Assembly (NCBI GenBank): GCA_945898275.1
Contig: CAMDHZ010000002.1
Span: forward strand, 134,442-198,441
DNA: 64,000 nucleotides
Reading direction: 5' to 3'
Source: Chitinophaga pinensis
GTDB taxonomy: Bacteria; Bacteroidota; Bacteroidia; UKL13-3
Of this stretch, positions 31,182 to 40,541 are shown one piece after another. The position numbers were made by a program, and so were the translations under genes. Every line of letters starts with the position of its first letter. The first letter of the stretch is position 1. The notes below the pieces were generated by a model, which was not told the origin of the DNA, did not search any database, and worked only from the letters and a program-made list of their open reading frames with translations.

Positions 31182-33655
31182 CGTTCCGATTTCCCTTTTC
31201 TTACTGGTTCTGCTTTCCAAGGGTCTTCGGGCCATGCGTGTTTGGGGTAACGGCGTTTGAGCTCTTTTTTAACTTCGTGGTAGGTATTGTCCCAAAAGCT
31301 GCGTAGGTCTGTGGTTATTTGCACTGGCTTATATCCGGGTGATAGCAGGTGCAATACCAATTTGGTTTTTCCTTGGTTAATAACAGGTGTGTCGGCAATG
31401 CCAAAAACCTCTTGCAAGCGTACTGCCAATACAGGCGTTTCTCCATGGGCAAAGTAGGCTATTTTAAGCGCAGAACCTGTAGGAACCACATACTTTTCGG
31501 GGCAAAGTGTTTGAAGCATTTGTTGTTTCTCCCAGCTCAAACTATTTAATAGCGCTTCTTTCAGGTTGATTTTTTTGAAATCGTCATTTCTTTTTATGTC
31601 TAACAAGTAGGGTAGCAACCAATCGGGTTGTTGCAACAAGCTGTCTAAGCTTATGACTGGCCAATTTTCTTCTGGGTTCCAAAGGTGTAAACTTGCCAAG
31701 CGATGGATAAGCTGTTCGAAGGGTTCTTGAATATCCAATAGGCTCAAACCTTCTTTTTTAATTGCTTCTACGAGGGCACGCTGTACCTTTTCTGGATTGG
31801 GATTTGCAAGGGGTTTAGATTGTAGCACGATGCTTCCAATTCTTAAGTCTTTGCTAGCCACAATCCCGCCTTTTCTGGTATCCCAAAGAATGGTTTCTTT
31901 TTCTTTTACCAAGGGCAATAAATCTTTTGGGTTTAGGGGAGCTGCTAAGAATATCTTCCCAAGTCCATCCCGAGTATCCATGTGGGCAACGGCCAACCAA
32001 CTTTCATTGGCAAGGTCGTCTTTATGGCCAGCGGCAGCAATTTTGCCATTGGCCAACTGAAACTGTGCATTGTTACCATTTCTTGCGCAAGCAATGCGCT
32101 CTGGATAAGCGTATGCAAGCAGCAGTCCGGTTTCATATTTATCTACTGGGCTATTGTCTTCGGGCACTTGCAGCAAGCCTCTGTAATAAGCAGCCAGCTT
32201 GGCAATGCGCGCCATTTTATGTCCTGCATTTTGGTTGCTTCTAAAACGTCTAAGGGCTTCAATGCGCAAGCTAAGGTCGATGCCCGCTTCTTTGCCCAAG
32301 GGGTCGCGTTCGTCTAGTAAGGCTGCAATCTCGCAAGCCAATTGCTGTGCGCTGGTATCGTTGGCAAGCAAAAGCATGTGAGCCATGCGTGGGTGGCAGG
32401 CCATAGATTGAAGCTTTTTGCCATGTGCTGTAATCTTGTTGTTTTCGATGGCACCCAATTGGTCTAAGGTTTCCATTGCCATTTGTAGTGCGCCCTCTGG
32501 CGGCAAGGTAAGCCAACTGAGTTTTTTAATATCACTCACGCCCCAAGTTAACAGGTCTAAACAAACAGCTGTTAAATCTGCTTCTAGAATTTCTGGGACC
32601 CTGTGCAGGGCAAGTCTATCTTGCGTGGCGGTGGTCCACATGCGGTAACACACGCCCGGCGCTAGACGGCCTGCACGGCCCGCTCTTTGGTCGGCAGAGT
32701 CTTTAGAAACCATTATCGTTTCAAGTCTGCTCAAACCAGATTTTGGGTCAAACCGAGAAATGCGGCTAAAGCCAGCATCTACCACTATTTTTATGCCTTC
32801 AATGGTTAAACTGGTTTCTGCAATAGAGGTGGCTAATACAATTTTTCTTCTCCCTTTTTTATTGGGCCAAATCGCCGCCATTTGTTCGGCATTAGAAAGC
32901 TGACCGTAAAGTGGGTGTATACTAAAATCGGGCAAATATTTTCTTAGCAGTTCTTCGCATTTTCTTATTTCTGCTTCGCCGGGTAAAAAGGCCAAGGCAT
33001 CGCCTTCATTTTCTTTTACGGCTTGAACCAACACACGTGAAAGGGTCTCAGGTAGCAAGAGCAAATCATTTTGCCCCGTGTATTTAAGCGTTACTGGAAA
33101 CAGTTTTCCATCGCTTACAATGGCGTGAGCCTTAAGCATGCTTTGCAATTTGGGCATGTCTAGCGTGGCACTCATCACCAGAATACGCAAATCTGGACGC
33201 AGAATTTGTTGCACTTCCCGGCAAAGTGCAAGGGCCACATCAGCATGGATGCTTCTTTCATGGAACTCATCAAAAATAACCAAGCCCACATTTTCGAGGG
33301 CGGTATCGTGTTGCATCATCTTGGTGAGGATGCCTTCTGTAATTACCTCGAGTTGGGTATCTTTAGAAACTACGTTTTCTAGCCTAACCCTATAGCCAAC
33401 CGTTTTGCCAATGGGGGTTTTAAGCATATCGCTCATGCGCAGGGCAATGGTTTTAGCGGCCAGCCTTCGCGGTTCGAGCATTAAGATTTTTTTGCCCTTG
33501 AGCCAAGGTTCTTGCAGCAAGGCCAAAGGCAGCAAAGTACTTTTGCCAGCGCCCGGTGGGGCATTAACAATAAGGGTATTTTCTTGAGAGAGGTATTGCT
33601 TGGTCTCGTCAAGAATGGCGGTAATGGGAAGAGAAAAATCGTGCGGGTTAAACAT
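31178..33655 (-). CDS. hrpB: ATP-dependent RNA helicase HrpB
   Basis: [36 protein letters not shown]-terminal LLSP..P.Q.T.DL.SFW...[10 protein letters not shown]. Confidence 0.96.
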   Translation of the reverse strand: MFNPHDFSLPITAILDETKQYLSQENTLIVNAPPGAGKSTLLPLALLQEPWLKGKKILMLEPRRLAAKTIALRMSDMLKTPIGKTVGYRVRLENVVSKDTQLEVITEGILTKMMQHDTALENVGLVIFDEFHERSIHADVALALCREVQQILRPDLRILVMSATLDMPKLQSMLKAHAIVSDGKLFPVTLKYTGQNDLLLLPETLSRVLVQAVKENEGDALAFLPGEAEIRKCEELLRKYLPDFSIHPLYGQLSNAEQMAAIWPNKKGRRKIVLATSIAETSLTIEGIKIVVDAGFSRISRFDPKSGLSRLETIMVSKDSADQRAGRAGRLAPGVCYRMWTTATQDRLALHRVPEILEADLTAVCLDLLTWGVSDIKKLSWLTLPPEGALQMAMETLDQLGAIENNKITAHGKKLQSMACHPRMAHMLLLANDTSAQQLACEIAALLDERDPLGKEAGIDLSLRIEALRRFRSNQNAGHKMARIAKLAAYYRGLLQVPEDNSPVDKYETGLLLAYAYPERIACARNGNNAQFQLANGKIAAAGHKDDLANESWLAVAHMDTRDGLGKIFLAAPLNPKDLLPLVKEKETILWDTRKGGIVASKDLRIGSIVLQSKPLANPNPEKVQRALVEAIKKEGLSLLDIQEPFEQLIHRLASLHLWNPEENWPVISLDSLLQQPDWLLPYLLDIKRNDDFKKINLKEALLNSLSWEKQQMLQTLCPEKYVVPTGSALKIAYFAHGETPVLAVRLQEVFGIADTPVINQGKTKLVLHLLSPGYKPVQITTDLRSFWDNTYHEVKKELKRRYPKHAWPEDPWKAEPVRKGKSER

Positions 33656-33708
33656 GTTTTAGTGCTAGAACAAAAACACTCCAAAGCAAAGGCTTCAGAG
33701 TGCAAGGG

Positions 33709-33795
33709 CGGAGAGAGAGGGATTCGAACCCTCGATACAGTTTCCCATATACACACTTTCCAGGCGTGCTCTTTCGACCACTCAGACATCTCTCC
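33709..33795 (-). tRNA. tRNA-Ser(GGA)
   Basis: Reverse complement GGAGAGATGTCTGAGTGGTCGAAAGAGCACGCCT-GGA-AAGTGTGT...GGGTTCGAATCCCTCTCTCTCCG; long variable arm; CCA not encoded. Confidence 0.96.
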
Positions 33796-33902
33796 GTAAA
33801 AAAAGGGTCACGAAGATGCTGTTTTTTTTCTCGATTACAAAACAACATGCTAAGCTTTGGCGTTTAGCGTAAACAATCCTAAATTCGATTAAAACAAACC
33901 AC

Positions 33903-34769
33903 ATGATTAAACCAATCTCAATTGCTCTGCTGCTTGCTATTTTTTGCAACAACAGCATTGCCCAAACCAAATCTAATATTTCGGACGTGTTTATTTTTGG
34001 TGGAGGGCTTCTCATGGACAATCCCTACCTAAGTCGCCAAGAAATGCTGCAACTGGCGCCCAATTCTCCCTTGCTCCAGCAGGATTTAAGCAAGTTCTAC
34101 GACAACAACTCTCCTTACGACTACAGCGGCACACAAGATGCAACCACCTTTTCTGCAATGCTGGGATTTAATCCCTTTAAACCAAAATCCAATCGTTCTA
34201 TAAGTCCAATTGTTAGAGTAGGCCTTTCGTTTGGTCAGGTTAACCTAGTAAACCAATACCTTAGTTATACAGAGCGCTTCCCTTATGATACCCTAATCTC
34301 GCAAAGAACGGGTGAGAAAATTTACCTCGACTCAATGGCTGGGAGCAGCCTAACCATGCAACAAAGTGGCAACCAAGCTAGGGTAGAAATTGCCTTGCTT
34401 TTCCAAACCAATCTCGAGCGGTGGGTGTCTGTTTACAGCGGATTGTCTGCTGGTGCAGGGCTAACCTTTAACAACCGCACGCAAATAGGAAGAAGCAATT
34501 ACCATTATGGCAATGGATATGGTTATGATTATTACTCAAGCAACTCCCAGTATGAGTGGGAAAACTATAATAACAAAAATGGCTACTTGGTTCAAACCGC
34601 CATACCCATTGGCTTAAATGTAAGGTTAGGAAAGAAGAGGCCAATCTTAAATCAATCCTTTATCTTCATGGAATTTTCGCCTGGCCTTGCTTTTTACCAT
34701 ATTCCTGAGCTTAAAACGTATAGTAACTTTACCTATCAAACCAATGTGGGCATCAGGTTTAGGATTTAA
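33903..34769 (+). CDS. Hypothetical outer-membrane beta-barrel protein
   Basis: Signal peptide, amphipathic strands, C-terminal VGIRFRI. Confidence 0.6.
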   Translation: MIKPISIALLLAIFCNNSIAQTKSNISDVFIFGGGLLMDNPYLSRQEMLQLAPNSPLLQQDLSKFYDNNSPYDYSGTQDATTFSAMLGFNPFKPKSNRSISPIVRVGLSFGQVNLVNQYLSYTERFPYDTLISQRTGEKIYLDSMAGSSLTMQQSGNQARVEIALLFQTNLERWVSVYSGLSAGAGLTFNNRTQIGRSNYHYGNGYGYDYYSSNSQYEWENYNNKNGYLVQTAIPIGLNVRLGKKRPILNQSFIFMEFSPGLAFYHIPELKTYSNFTYQTNVGIRFRI

Positions 34770-34790
34770 TTCTGCTATATTGCCCGCGAA

Positions 34791-36734
34791 ATGAAAAAAG
34801 TAATTACCATTTGTTTGATCCTATTTGTTAAATTGATAGGAGCACAGGACCAACATTTATGTTCGATAAGCAAACTCAGTGCATTGCAAAGAAGCAGTCT
34901 CACCAAGAATAATTTAACCAACGCCCAAGCTAGCTTAATAGAAAAATATGATGTGGGTTTCCATCATTTGTCATTGTCTGTTGAACGCACAAGCACTTTT
35001 ATCAGCGGTAATGTTAGAACAATTGCCCGCTCACGGGTTGCTACCTTAGATACTTTTCTTTTTCAATTACATACCAATTTTACGGTTGATTCAGTCCATG
35101 GTTCAAACCAAACCCCCTATTCTTTTACCAAAATTGGCGATGTAACAGTTGTAATGTTGCCGCAAAGTATTGGTTTGAACCAAATCATCGACCTCACTAT
35201 TTATTATAGAGGCACCCCACCAAGTGGCGCAAGTGCAGCGATTGGAAACGGCTTTAGCAATAGGGCTTCTCCTACTTATGGCAATCAAATAACTTGGAGT
35301 TTAAGTCAGCCTTACAGTGCGTATGAGTGGTGGCCATGTAAGCAATCACTTCAAGATAAAATAGATTCTATTTTTGTAAGTGTAACTACAGATACTTCCA
35401 ACAAAGTTGGCTCACATGGGCTATTAAAACAAATAGATCTTAAACCTAATGGCAAGCATACTTTTCATTGGCAAAGTTTTTATCCTATCAACTATTATTT
35501 GGTAATGGTAACGGTAGGTCAATACACAGAATATAGACAATATGCTAAGCCAAAAGGTTATGCAGACAGTATTCTAATTCAGAATTATATTTACAGCAAT
35601 CCAGCAGCTTACACCAATAATGCTACTAGCATTTTGGCCACAAAGCCCCAATTAGAATTGTTCTCCGACATATTTGGCTTGTATCCCTTTCACAAAGAAA
35701 AATACGGCCATGTGATGGCGCCATTTAGCGGGGGCATGGAGCATCAAACCATGAGCAGCATGGGGATTTTTAACTTTGGTATTGTAGCACACGAAGTGGC
35801 ACATCAATGGTTTGGCGACAATGTTACCTGTGCCACTTGGAGCGATATTTGGTTAAACGAAGGTTTTGCTTCTTATAGTGAGTACTTGGCAAGGCGTTAT
35901 TTATTACCCAATACGGCTTTGCAAGAACTAACAGATATGCATGCTGCGTCTAAACAAGAAGTTGGCGCTGTGTATGTAACTGATACTGCCAATGTAAACA
36001 GATTATTTAGCAGTGCGTTAACCTATAACAAAGGTGCAGCAGCCATTAGGGTATTGCATTATTTATTGGGCGATTCAATGTTTTTTGAGGTGTGTAAAAC
36101 CTATCAAACAAGATTTGCCAATGGCAACGCAAGTACGCAAGATTTCAATGATTTGGTAAACGAACTCAGTGGTAAAAACTATGATTTTTATTTTGATCAA
36201 TGGATTTATGGCATTGGCTTTCCGGCATATACGAGCACATGGAATCAAACAAATGGAAAATTCTATTTAAAAGTAAAACAAGCCAATGCGCACAGCGGGG
36301 GTTTATTTAGTCTACCTATCGCCTTTAACTTGCAGCGTGCCATTGGAGACACCCAGATTGTGTTAGATATAAACACAAGCGAACAAAATATTGAACTGCC
36401 CGTTGGTGGAACCATAAGTAATGTGGTAATTGACCCAAATGTTTGGATATTAAAGAATAGCAGCATGACAAAAGATGTAGGCTTAAGCGTTGGAGCACAA
36501 GCAGAAACAGCAAGTTTACGCATTTATCCAAACCCAGGAGAAGGTATGGTTTGGTTTGAACCAAGTTTACCAAACACTGCTAGGGTAGAGGTAATTGACC
36601 TAAGTGGAAGAACTTGCATGACCTTGAGCGGCAAAGATGGATTTGATTTGAGTTCATTGCAAGCTGGAGTTTATTTGCTGAATGTAAGAGATAATGCAGG
36701 CAAGCAACAGGTGATTAAATATCAAAAATATTGA
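34791..36734 (+). CDS. M1-family aminopeptidase, T9SS cargo
   Basis: GGMEHQ, HEVAHQWFG...WLNEGFASY, YNKG; CTD IYPNP...GVYLL. Confidence 0.93.
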   Translation: MKKVITICLILFVKLIGAQDQHLCSISKLSALQRSSLTKNNLTNAQASLIEKYDVGFHHLSLSVERTSTFISGNVRTIARSRVATLDTFLFQLHTNFTVDSVHGSNQTPYSFTKIGDVTVVMLPQSIGLNQIIDLTIYYRGTPPSGASAAIGNGFSNRASPTYGNQITWSLSQPYSAYEWWPCKQSLQDKIDSIFVSVTTDTSNKVGSHGLLKQIDLKPNGKHTFHWQSFYPINYYLVMVTVGQYTEYRQYAKPKGYADSILIQNYIYSNPAAYTNNATSILATKPQLELFSDIFGLYPFHKEKYGHVMAPFSGGMEHQTMSSMGIFNFGIVAHEVAHQWFGDNVTCATWSDIWLNEGFASYSEYLARRYLLPNTALQELTDMHAASKQEVGAVYVTDTANVNRLFSSALTYNKGAAAIRVLHYLLGDSMFFEVCKTYQTRFANGNASTQDFNDLVNELSGKNYDFYFDQWIYGIGFPAYTSTWNQTNGKFYLKVKQANAHSGGLFSLPIAFNLQRAIGDTQIVLDINTSEQNIELPVGGTISNVVIDPNVWILKNSSMTKDVGLSVGAQAETASLRIYPNPGEGMVWFEPSLPNTARVEVIDLSGRTCMTLSGKDGFDLSSLQAGVYLLNVRDNAGKQQVIKYQKY

Positions 36735-36758
36735 GTTTGCCCAAAATTTAGAAAGGCG

Positions 36759-36766
36759 TATATTTG
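36759..36766 (+). promoter_or_regulatory. -7 promoter element for tRNA-Arg
   Basis: TATATTTG, 17 nt upstream of the tRNA. Confidence 0.6.
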
Positions 36767-36783
36767 CCTAGCTTAAGGGAAAT

Positions 36784-36855
36784 GGTCTCGTAGTTCAACG
36801 GATAGAATAGATGTTTCCTAAACATTTGATAGCAGTTCGATTCTGCTCGAGACTA
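36784..36855 (+). tRNA. tRNA-Arg(CCT)
   Basis: GGTCTCGTAGTTCAACGGATAGAATAGATGTTT-CCT-AAACATTTGATAGCAGTTCGATTCTGCTCGAGACTA folds as a cloverleaf. Confidence 0.95.
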
Positions 36856-36890
36856 CAGAAGCTTTTAGCGGTTGGCTATTAGCAGTTAAC

Positions 36891-36922
36891 AAAAACCTGT
36901 CAAGATGTTGGCAGGTTTTTTT
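36891..36922 (+). terminator. Intrinsic terminator after tRNA-Arg
   Basis: AAAAACCTGTCAA-GATG-TTGGCAGGTTTTTTT. Confidence 0.85.
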
Positions 36923-36951
36923 GTTCATAAAGCACTCTTTTTTTCTATACT

Positions 36952-37193
36952 ATTTATGGAGTAGCTCCCCACCATTTATGGAGTAGCACCGCACCATTTA
37001 TAGAGTAGCACCGCACCATTTATAGAGTAGCTTCGCACCTTTTATAGAGTAGCTCCGTACCTTTTATGGAGTAGGTATGTACCTTTTATGGAGTAGGTAT
37101 GTACCTTTTATGGAGTAGCTCCGCACCTTTTATGGAGTAGGTATGTACCTTTTATGGAGTAGCTCCGTACCTTTTATGGAGTAGCACCGCACC
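36952..37193. repeat. Tandem array of 11 x 22-bp units, consensus WTTTATRGAGTAG(CTCCGC/CACCGC/GTATGT)ACC
   Basis: Units start at 36952, 36974, 36996, 37018, 37040, 37062, 37084, 37106, 37128, 37150 and 37172, with no spacers. Confidence 0.97.
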
Positions 37194-37264
37194 ATTTGGG
37201 TACCTGCTTGGTATAACCTATTGGTTCAACCCGAAACCCCTTTAAAATGCCCTATTTTACTTAG

Positions 37265-38533
37265 TTATTCCTTTATAAATTTTTGGCAAACCTTACCCAA
37301 CTGCAGGCTATATAAACCTGCTGGCAAGGTTTCTAGCGAGATTTGGGATTGTGAGTTTTGTAGGATGCCAGTGAGCAGCCTCTTGCCATAAATATCTATT
37401 ATTTGATATTCCAAACCTATCAGGTTTTCTGCTATCTCTACCTGAATTAAACCATTGGCAGGGTTAGGAAACACTTGCACTTTTTGCGAACCTACCTGGT
37501 TTATCCCTGTTGAATTAATATTTATTTCTGTCCATGCAGTATCATTTTCACTGCATTTATGGGCTGTTAAAGTTACCCTAAAGTTCCCAGTAGTTTTATA
37601 GGTATGTAATGGCTCAAATTGGGAGGAAGTATCACCATCTCCAAATTCCCATAGATAGCTATCTGCATTTGTCGCTGCATTTTGAAACTGAATGGTTCTT
37701 GGCTTGTCCGTTTGATAAGTGAAGCTTGCTTTTGGTCCAAATTCACCTACGTTCCAATCGCCTAATTTTTGATAAACAATCATCTTTGCTGCTTCTCTGA
37801 TGGCCAAAGCCTGGTTGGTTGCTAATCCACCATTATAGGTAATTTGGGTAGGATCTTTTTTTAGTAGTATGGTATAAAAACAACAAGCAGCAGCATAGCT
37901 TCCTGCCAAAGAAGGGTGGCTTTCATCTGCATTGTAAAGCTCTATGCTAGGGTTATTTGCTCTAAGGTATTTCCAAACCGCACCAACAGGAGACAGTAGC
38001 GCCTTATTATCCTCAGCCATTTTGCTGTACCGCAGTGCCAATAAGCTATCCATTCCTGCATACGTGCACACAGGTGGCCAAGTTGGGCAGTTTTGTGCAT
38101 CCCCATTTTTCCTGCCCCAAGTCATGTAAAACACCGTTTGGGTACAAGCATGGTTGGCATGAATGAGGCTATCTAAGGCTGTTGCATAAGGATATACCAA
38201 TTCTTCTACATCTGCATCTGGAAAAGAAGGCAACTGACTTTGTTCTTGCAGCACCGCATAATCCCATTTTTGGGAATTTATTTTTCCAAGCGAAACAGAA
38301 TTAGTTGAATGCCCCATAAAGGTATGCCCACCTGGCGTATTGGCATCAGTTATAACCGTATCCCCGCTAGAAAGTGCAATATTGGATAAAAGCAAAGGAA
38401 GGTTATTGTATTGCGTGTAGCTATTTCCAAGGAAAAGCACCTTAAGGGATTGGGTTTGCGCAGAAACTCCTATTGGTAACAGCAGCAATAAAAGATTAAA
38501 GACCAAAAGGTTTTCGAAGGTTTTAGTTGTCAT
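37265..38533 (-). CDS. SGNH-hydrolase-like (DUF4886-like) + PKD domain protein, T9SS cargo
   Basis: VLFLGNSYT, VLQEQS, D.SHPS..GSY; PKD YLWEFGDG...HTY...G; CTD VFPNPA. Confidence 0.8.
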   Translation of the reverse strand: MTTKTFENLLVFNLLLLLLPIGVSAQTQSLKVLFLGNSYTQYNNLPLLLSNIALSSGDTVITDANTPGGHTFMGHSTNSVSLGKINSQKWDYAVLQEQSQLPSFPDADVEELVYPYATALDSLIHANHACTQTVFYMTWGRKNGDAQNCPTWPPVCTYAGMDSLLALRYSKMAEDNKALLSPVGAVWKYLRANNPSIELYNADESHPSLAGSYAAACCFYTILLKKDPTQITYNGGLATNQALAIREAAKMIVYQKLGDWNVGEFGPKASFTYQTDKPRTIQFQNAATNADSYLWEFGDGDTSSQFEPLHTYKTTGNFRVTLTAHKCSENDTAWTEININSTGINQVGSQKVQVFPNPANGLIQVEIAENLIGLEYQIIDIYGKRLLTGILQNSQSQISLETLPAGLYSLQLGKVCQKFIKE

Positions 38534-38548
38534 ATAACCATTAGATAG

Positions 38549-39463
38549 CTATCTGTATAGAAAGGTTGCTAGCCCACCATCACTTATTTCATGAATTAGC
38601 TCAAGGTTTGGTTTACGTCTGGAAAACTCTAACGTTTGATTGAAAAACTTTCTAGGCCTTTCTCTATGTTGTCTCCAATCTTGCATGATTATGAGGGTTC
38701 TATTGGGTACAAAATTCTTTGAAAAAATATTATACCAACCATTATTGGCCTCAAGGGTTCTGCCGCAATCTACAATTATCATTTCTATTGGTTTGTTTTC
38801 CCAAGTTACAAAAGGTAGATTTTCATTTCCATCAAAATTTGCAAATTTTCCATGATTAATAATTAGTTTATCCATCGCTTCGGCAGCGTATTTCTCAAAT
38901 ATAAACCTAAAGTCATTGTGATTATGTGGTCTGTTTGCCTCCGAATATAAAGGATCCATCCAAGCAGAACGCCAAATGAAGTCATCAAACACATGCAATT
39001 TCTTATCCTTAAAATTTGAGTTTTTTGAAAATGCATCAGTAAGGTGCAAAGTTGAATGGCCTAGCCATGGACCTAATTCTACAATTTCTCCCCAACCTGA
39101 ATAGGCTTGCGCTATATAATGATAATAACAAATTTCCTCCCCAGTAATCATACCTGGAACATTAAAATGCTTGGGTTGCATCTTTAACCAAGGAGCTTGT
39201 ACATCCATGATTGCATATTCTAGTTTAAAAGCCGATGTTTCATTTTCCCAGTTTTGGACTTTTGCTTTTGGATTTTTTAGAATTCGCTCAAAATCTTCAA
39301 CGCTTAATTGCAATAATTCCAATTTGCTAATTAGTTTATTTAACTCCTCTAAGGATATTTCTTTTGAAGATTGGCCCACTAAACCTAATCCAAAATCTAT
39401 TCTAGCTTCGGGCGGTAACTGTCTAACTATTTTTCTAAGTATGCTTGCAAATATTGAGTTCAT
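38549..39463 (-). CDS. Class I SAM-dependent methyltransferase-like protein
   Basis: IVELGPWLGHST, HVFDDF, IEMIIVD, IIMQD. Confidence 0.65.
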   Translation of the reverse strand: MNSIFASILRKIVRQLPPEARIDFGLGLVGQSSKEISLEELNKLISKLELLQLSVEDFERILKNPKAKVQNWENETSAFKLEYAIMDVQAPWLKMQPKHFNVPGMITGEEICYYHYIAQAYSGWGEIVELGPWLGHSTLHLTDAFSKNSNFKDKKLHVFDDFIWRSAWMDPLYSEANRPHNHNDFRFIFEKYAAEAMDKLIINHGKFANFDGNENLPFVTWENKPIEMIIVDCGRTLEANNGWYNIFSKNFVPNRTLIIMQDWRQHRERPRKFFNQTLEFSRRKPNLELIHEISDGGLATFLYR

Positions 39464-39617
39464 TGAAGTTTTTAAATAATGTTCCGAAAGTAATGTTTTA
39501 TTTTATTTTCACGAATCCATACATTTTCTCATTTAGAGGAAAGTTATTTTTCAAATTGTTAAGACGTTTAATCAAAGGCTTTTATTATAGTCAAAGAATA
39601 TTCAATAATTTTGCCAC

Positions 39618-39761
39618 ATGAACGAGATAAATTCCATTTATAAACTTACCAAATTTGATTACAAAGACTATTTTGAAAAGGGAGTTGATTTTGAAACTTA
39701 CTTAGCCAAAATGGAGGAGGAAAAACGGGACAAGCTTTTGCCAATGGGGAGTTTACAGTAG
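39618..39761 (+). pseudogene. Truncated 5' copy of the thioredoxin-family gene at 50927
   Basis: MNEINSIYKLTKFDYKDYFEKGVDFETYLAKMEEE|KRDKLLPMGSLQ*. The first 35 codons align with 50927, then similarity stops. Has its own TAATTTTG promoter element at 39606-39613. Confidence 0.85.
39668..39722 (+). repeat. Left copy of 55-bp direct repeat (54/55 identical to 50977-51031)
   Basis: CTATTTTGAAAAGGGAGTTGATTTTGAAACTTAC(T/C)TAGCCAAAATGGAGGAGGAA. Confidence 0.95.
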
Positions 39762-39871
39762 ATTCGTTAGGGTCATCTACCATTGACATAGCTCAGCTAT
39801 CTCGAGGCATCTATTATATTAGAATATTTAATGAGCAGGCCTCTGTTACATTAAAGTTTATCAAGTGTTAG
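39722..39871 (+). pseudogene. Orphan 3' fragment of a T9SS cargo gene (CTD only)
   Basis: KTGQAFANGEFTVDSLGSSTIDIAQLSRGIYYIRIFNEQASVTLKFIKC*. No start codon, and out of frame with the thioredoxin fragment. Confidence 0.75.
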
Positions 39872-39893
39872 GGTATTTAATCTTGTAGCTGTT

Positions 39894-40541
39894 TTAAAGT
39901 AAATTATGTTTATTGGCGAAATCAATTAACCCAGCGGTGTTTTTTAGTTCAAGTTTTTGCAGAATGTTCTTTCTATGTGTTTTTACTGTATAAAAGCTAA
40001 GAAATAACTTTTCTGAAATTTGTGAACTATTCATTTGAAGTGCGATAAGTTTAATTATTTCAAGCTCTCTTTTTGTTAGTTTTTCAATCGTGTGATTTAC
40101 ATTCCTTATAGATAAATCATCTTCCATATTCTGTTGGTTCAGATTTAAAGAGGGTGAAATATATTTTATGTCTTGATCAATAGCGTTTAATGCTTCAATT
40201 AATTCTTGCTTTCCACCATATTTTATTACGTATGCATTGATGTAATTATTCACTAACGAGCTTATTGTTGAAGAATCATCAACCATTGATAGTACAATTA
40301 TTTTGCATTTTGGTTGAATAGACTTTAGTTTTATTATCAAGTCAAAACCACTATAATCATTCATATTTAAGTCAATTATTGCAATGTCAATTTTGATATT
40401 CTTGAATGCTTCGATGGTTTCTTTTCCGTTTTTGCATTCAGCAACAATTTGTATATGATTGAATTCACTTAAAATTAAATTGAGACCTTCTAAAAATATT
40501 TTATGGTCATCTGCAATTAGTATTTTCTTAGGCCTTTTCAT
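39894..40541 (-). CDS. NarL/FixJ-family response regulator (REC + LuxR HTH)
   Basis: ILIADDH, IIDLNM, LTKRELEII, TVKTHRKNI..KL. Confidence 0.93.
   Translation of the reverse strand: MKRPKKILIADDHKIFLEGLNLILSEFNHIQIVAECKNGKETIEAFKNIKIDIAIIDLNMNDYSGFDLIIKLKSIQPKCKIIVLSMVDDSSTISSLVNNYINAYVIKYGGKQELIEALNAIDQDIKYISPSLNLNQQNMEDDLSIRNVNHTIEKLTKRELEIIKLIALQMNSSQISEKLFLSFYTVKTHRKNILQKLELKNTAGLIDFANKHNLL

Noticed and set aside
31349-33587. Cluster of short + strand ORFs
   Set aside because: Antisense to the relatively GC-rich hrpB gene; no protein-like features.
33481-33848. Small ORFs 33481-33789, 33512-33799 and 33648-33848
   Set aside because: They overlap tRNA-Ser and hrpB; spurious.
36784-36855. 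tRNA-Arg as the attachment site of the downstream island
   Set aside because: I saw no duplicated tRNA 3' end downstream; the observed direct repeat is in the thioredoxin gene.
36952-37193. 22-bp array as a CRISPR array
   Set aside because: Units are contiguous, the variable part is only about 6 bp and recurs, and there are no cas genes in the window.
39711-39730. Programmed -1 frameshift joining the thioredoxin fragment to the T9SS CTD
   Set aside because: No canonical slippery heptamer, and the product would lack a signal peptide. A recombination scar is the simpler explanation.
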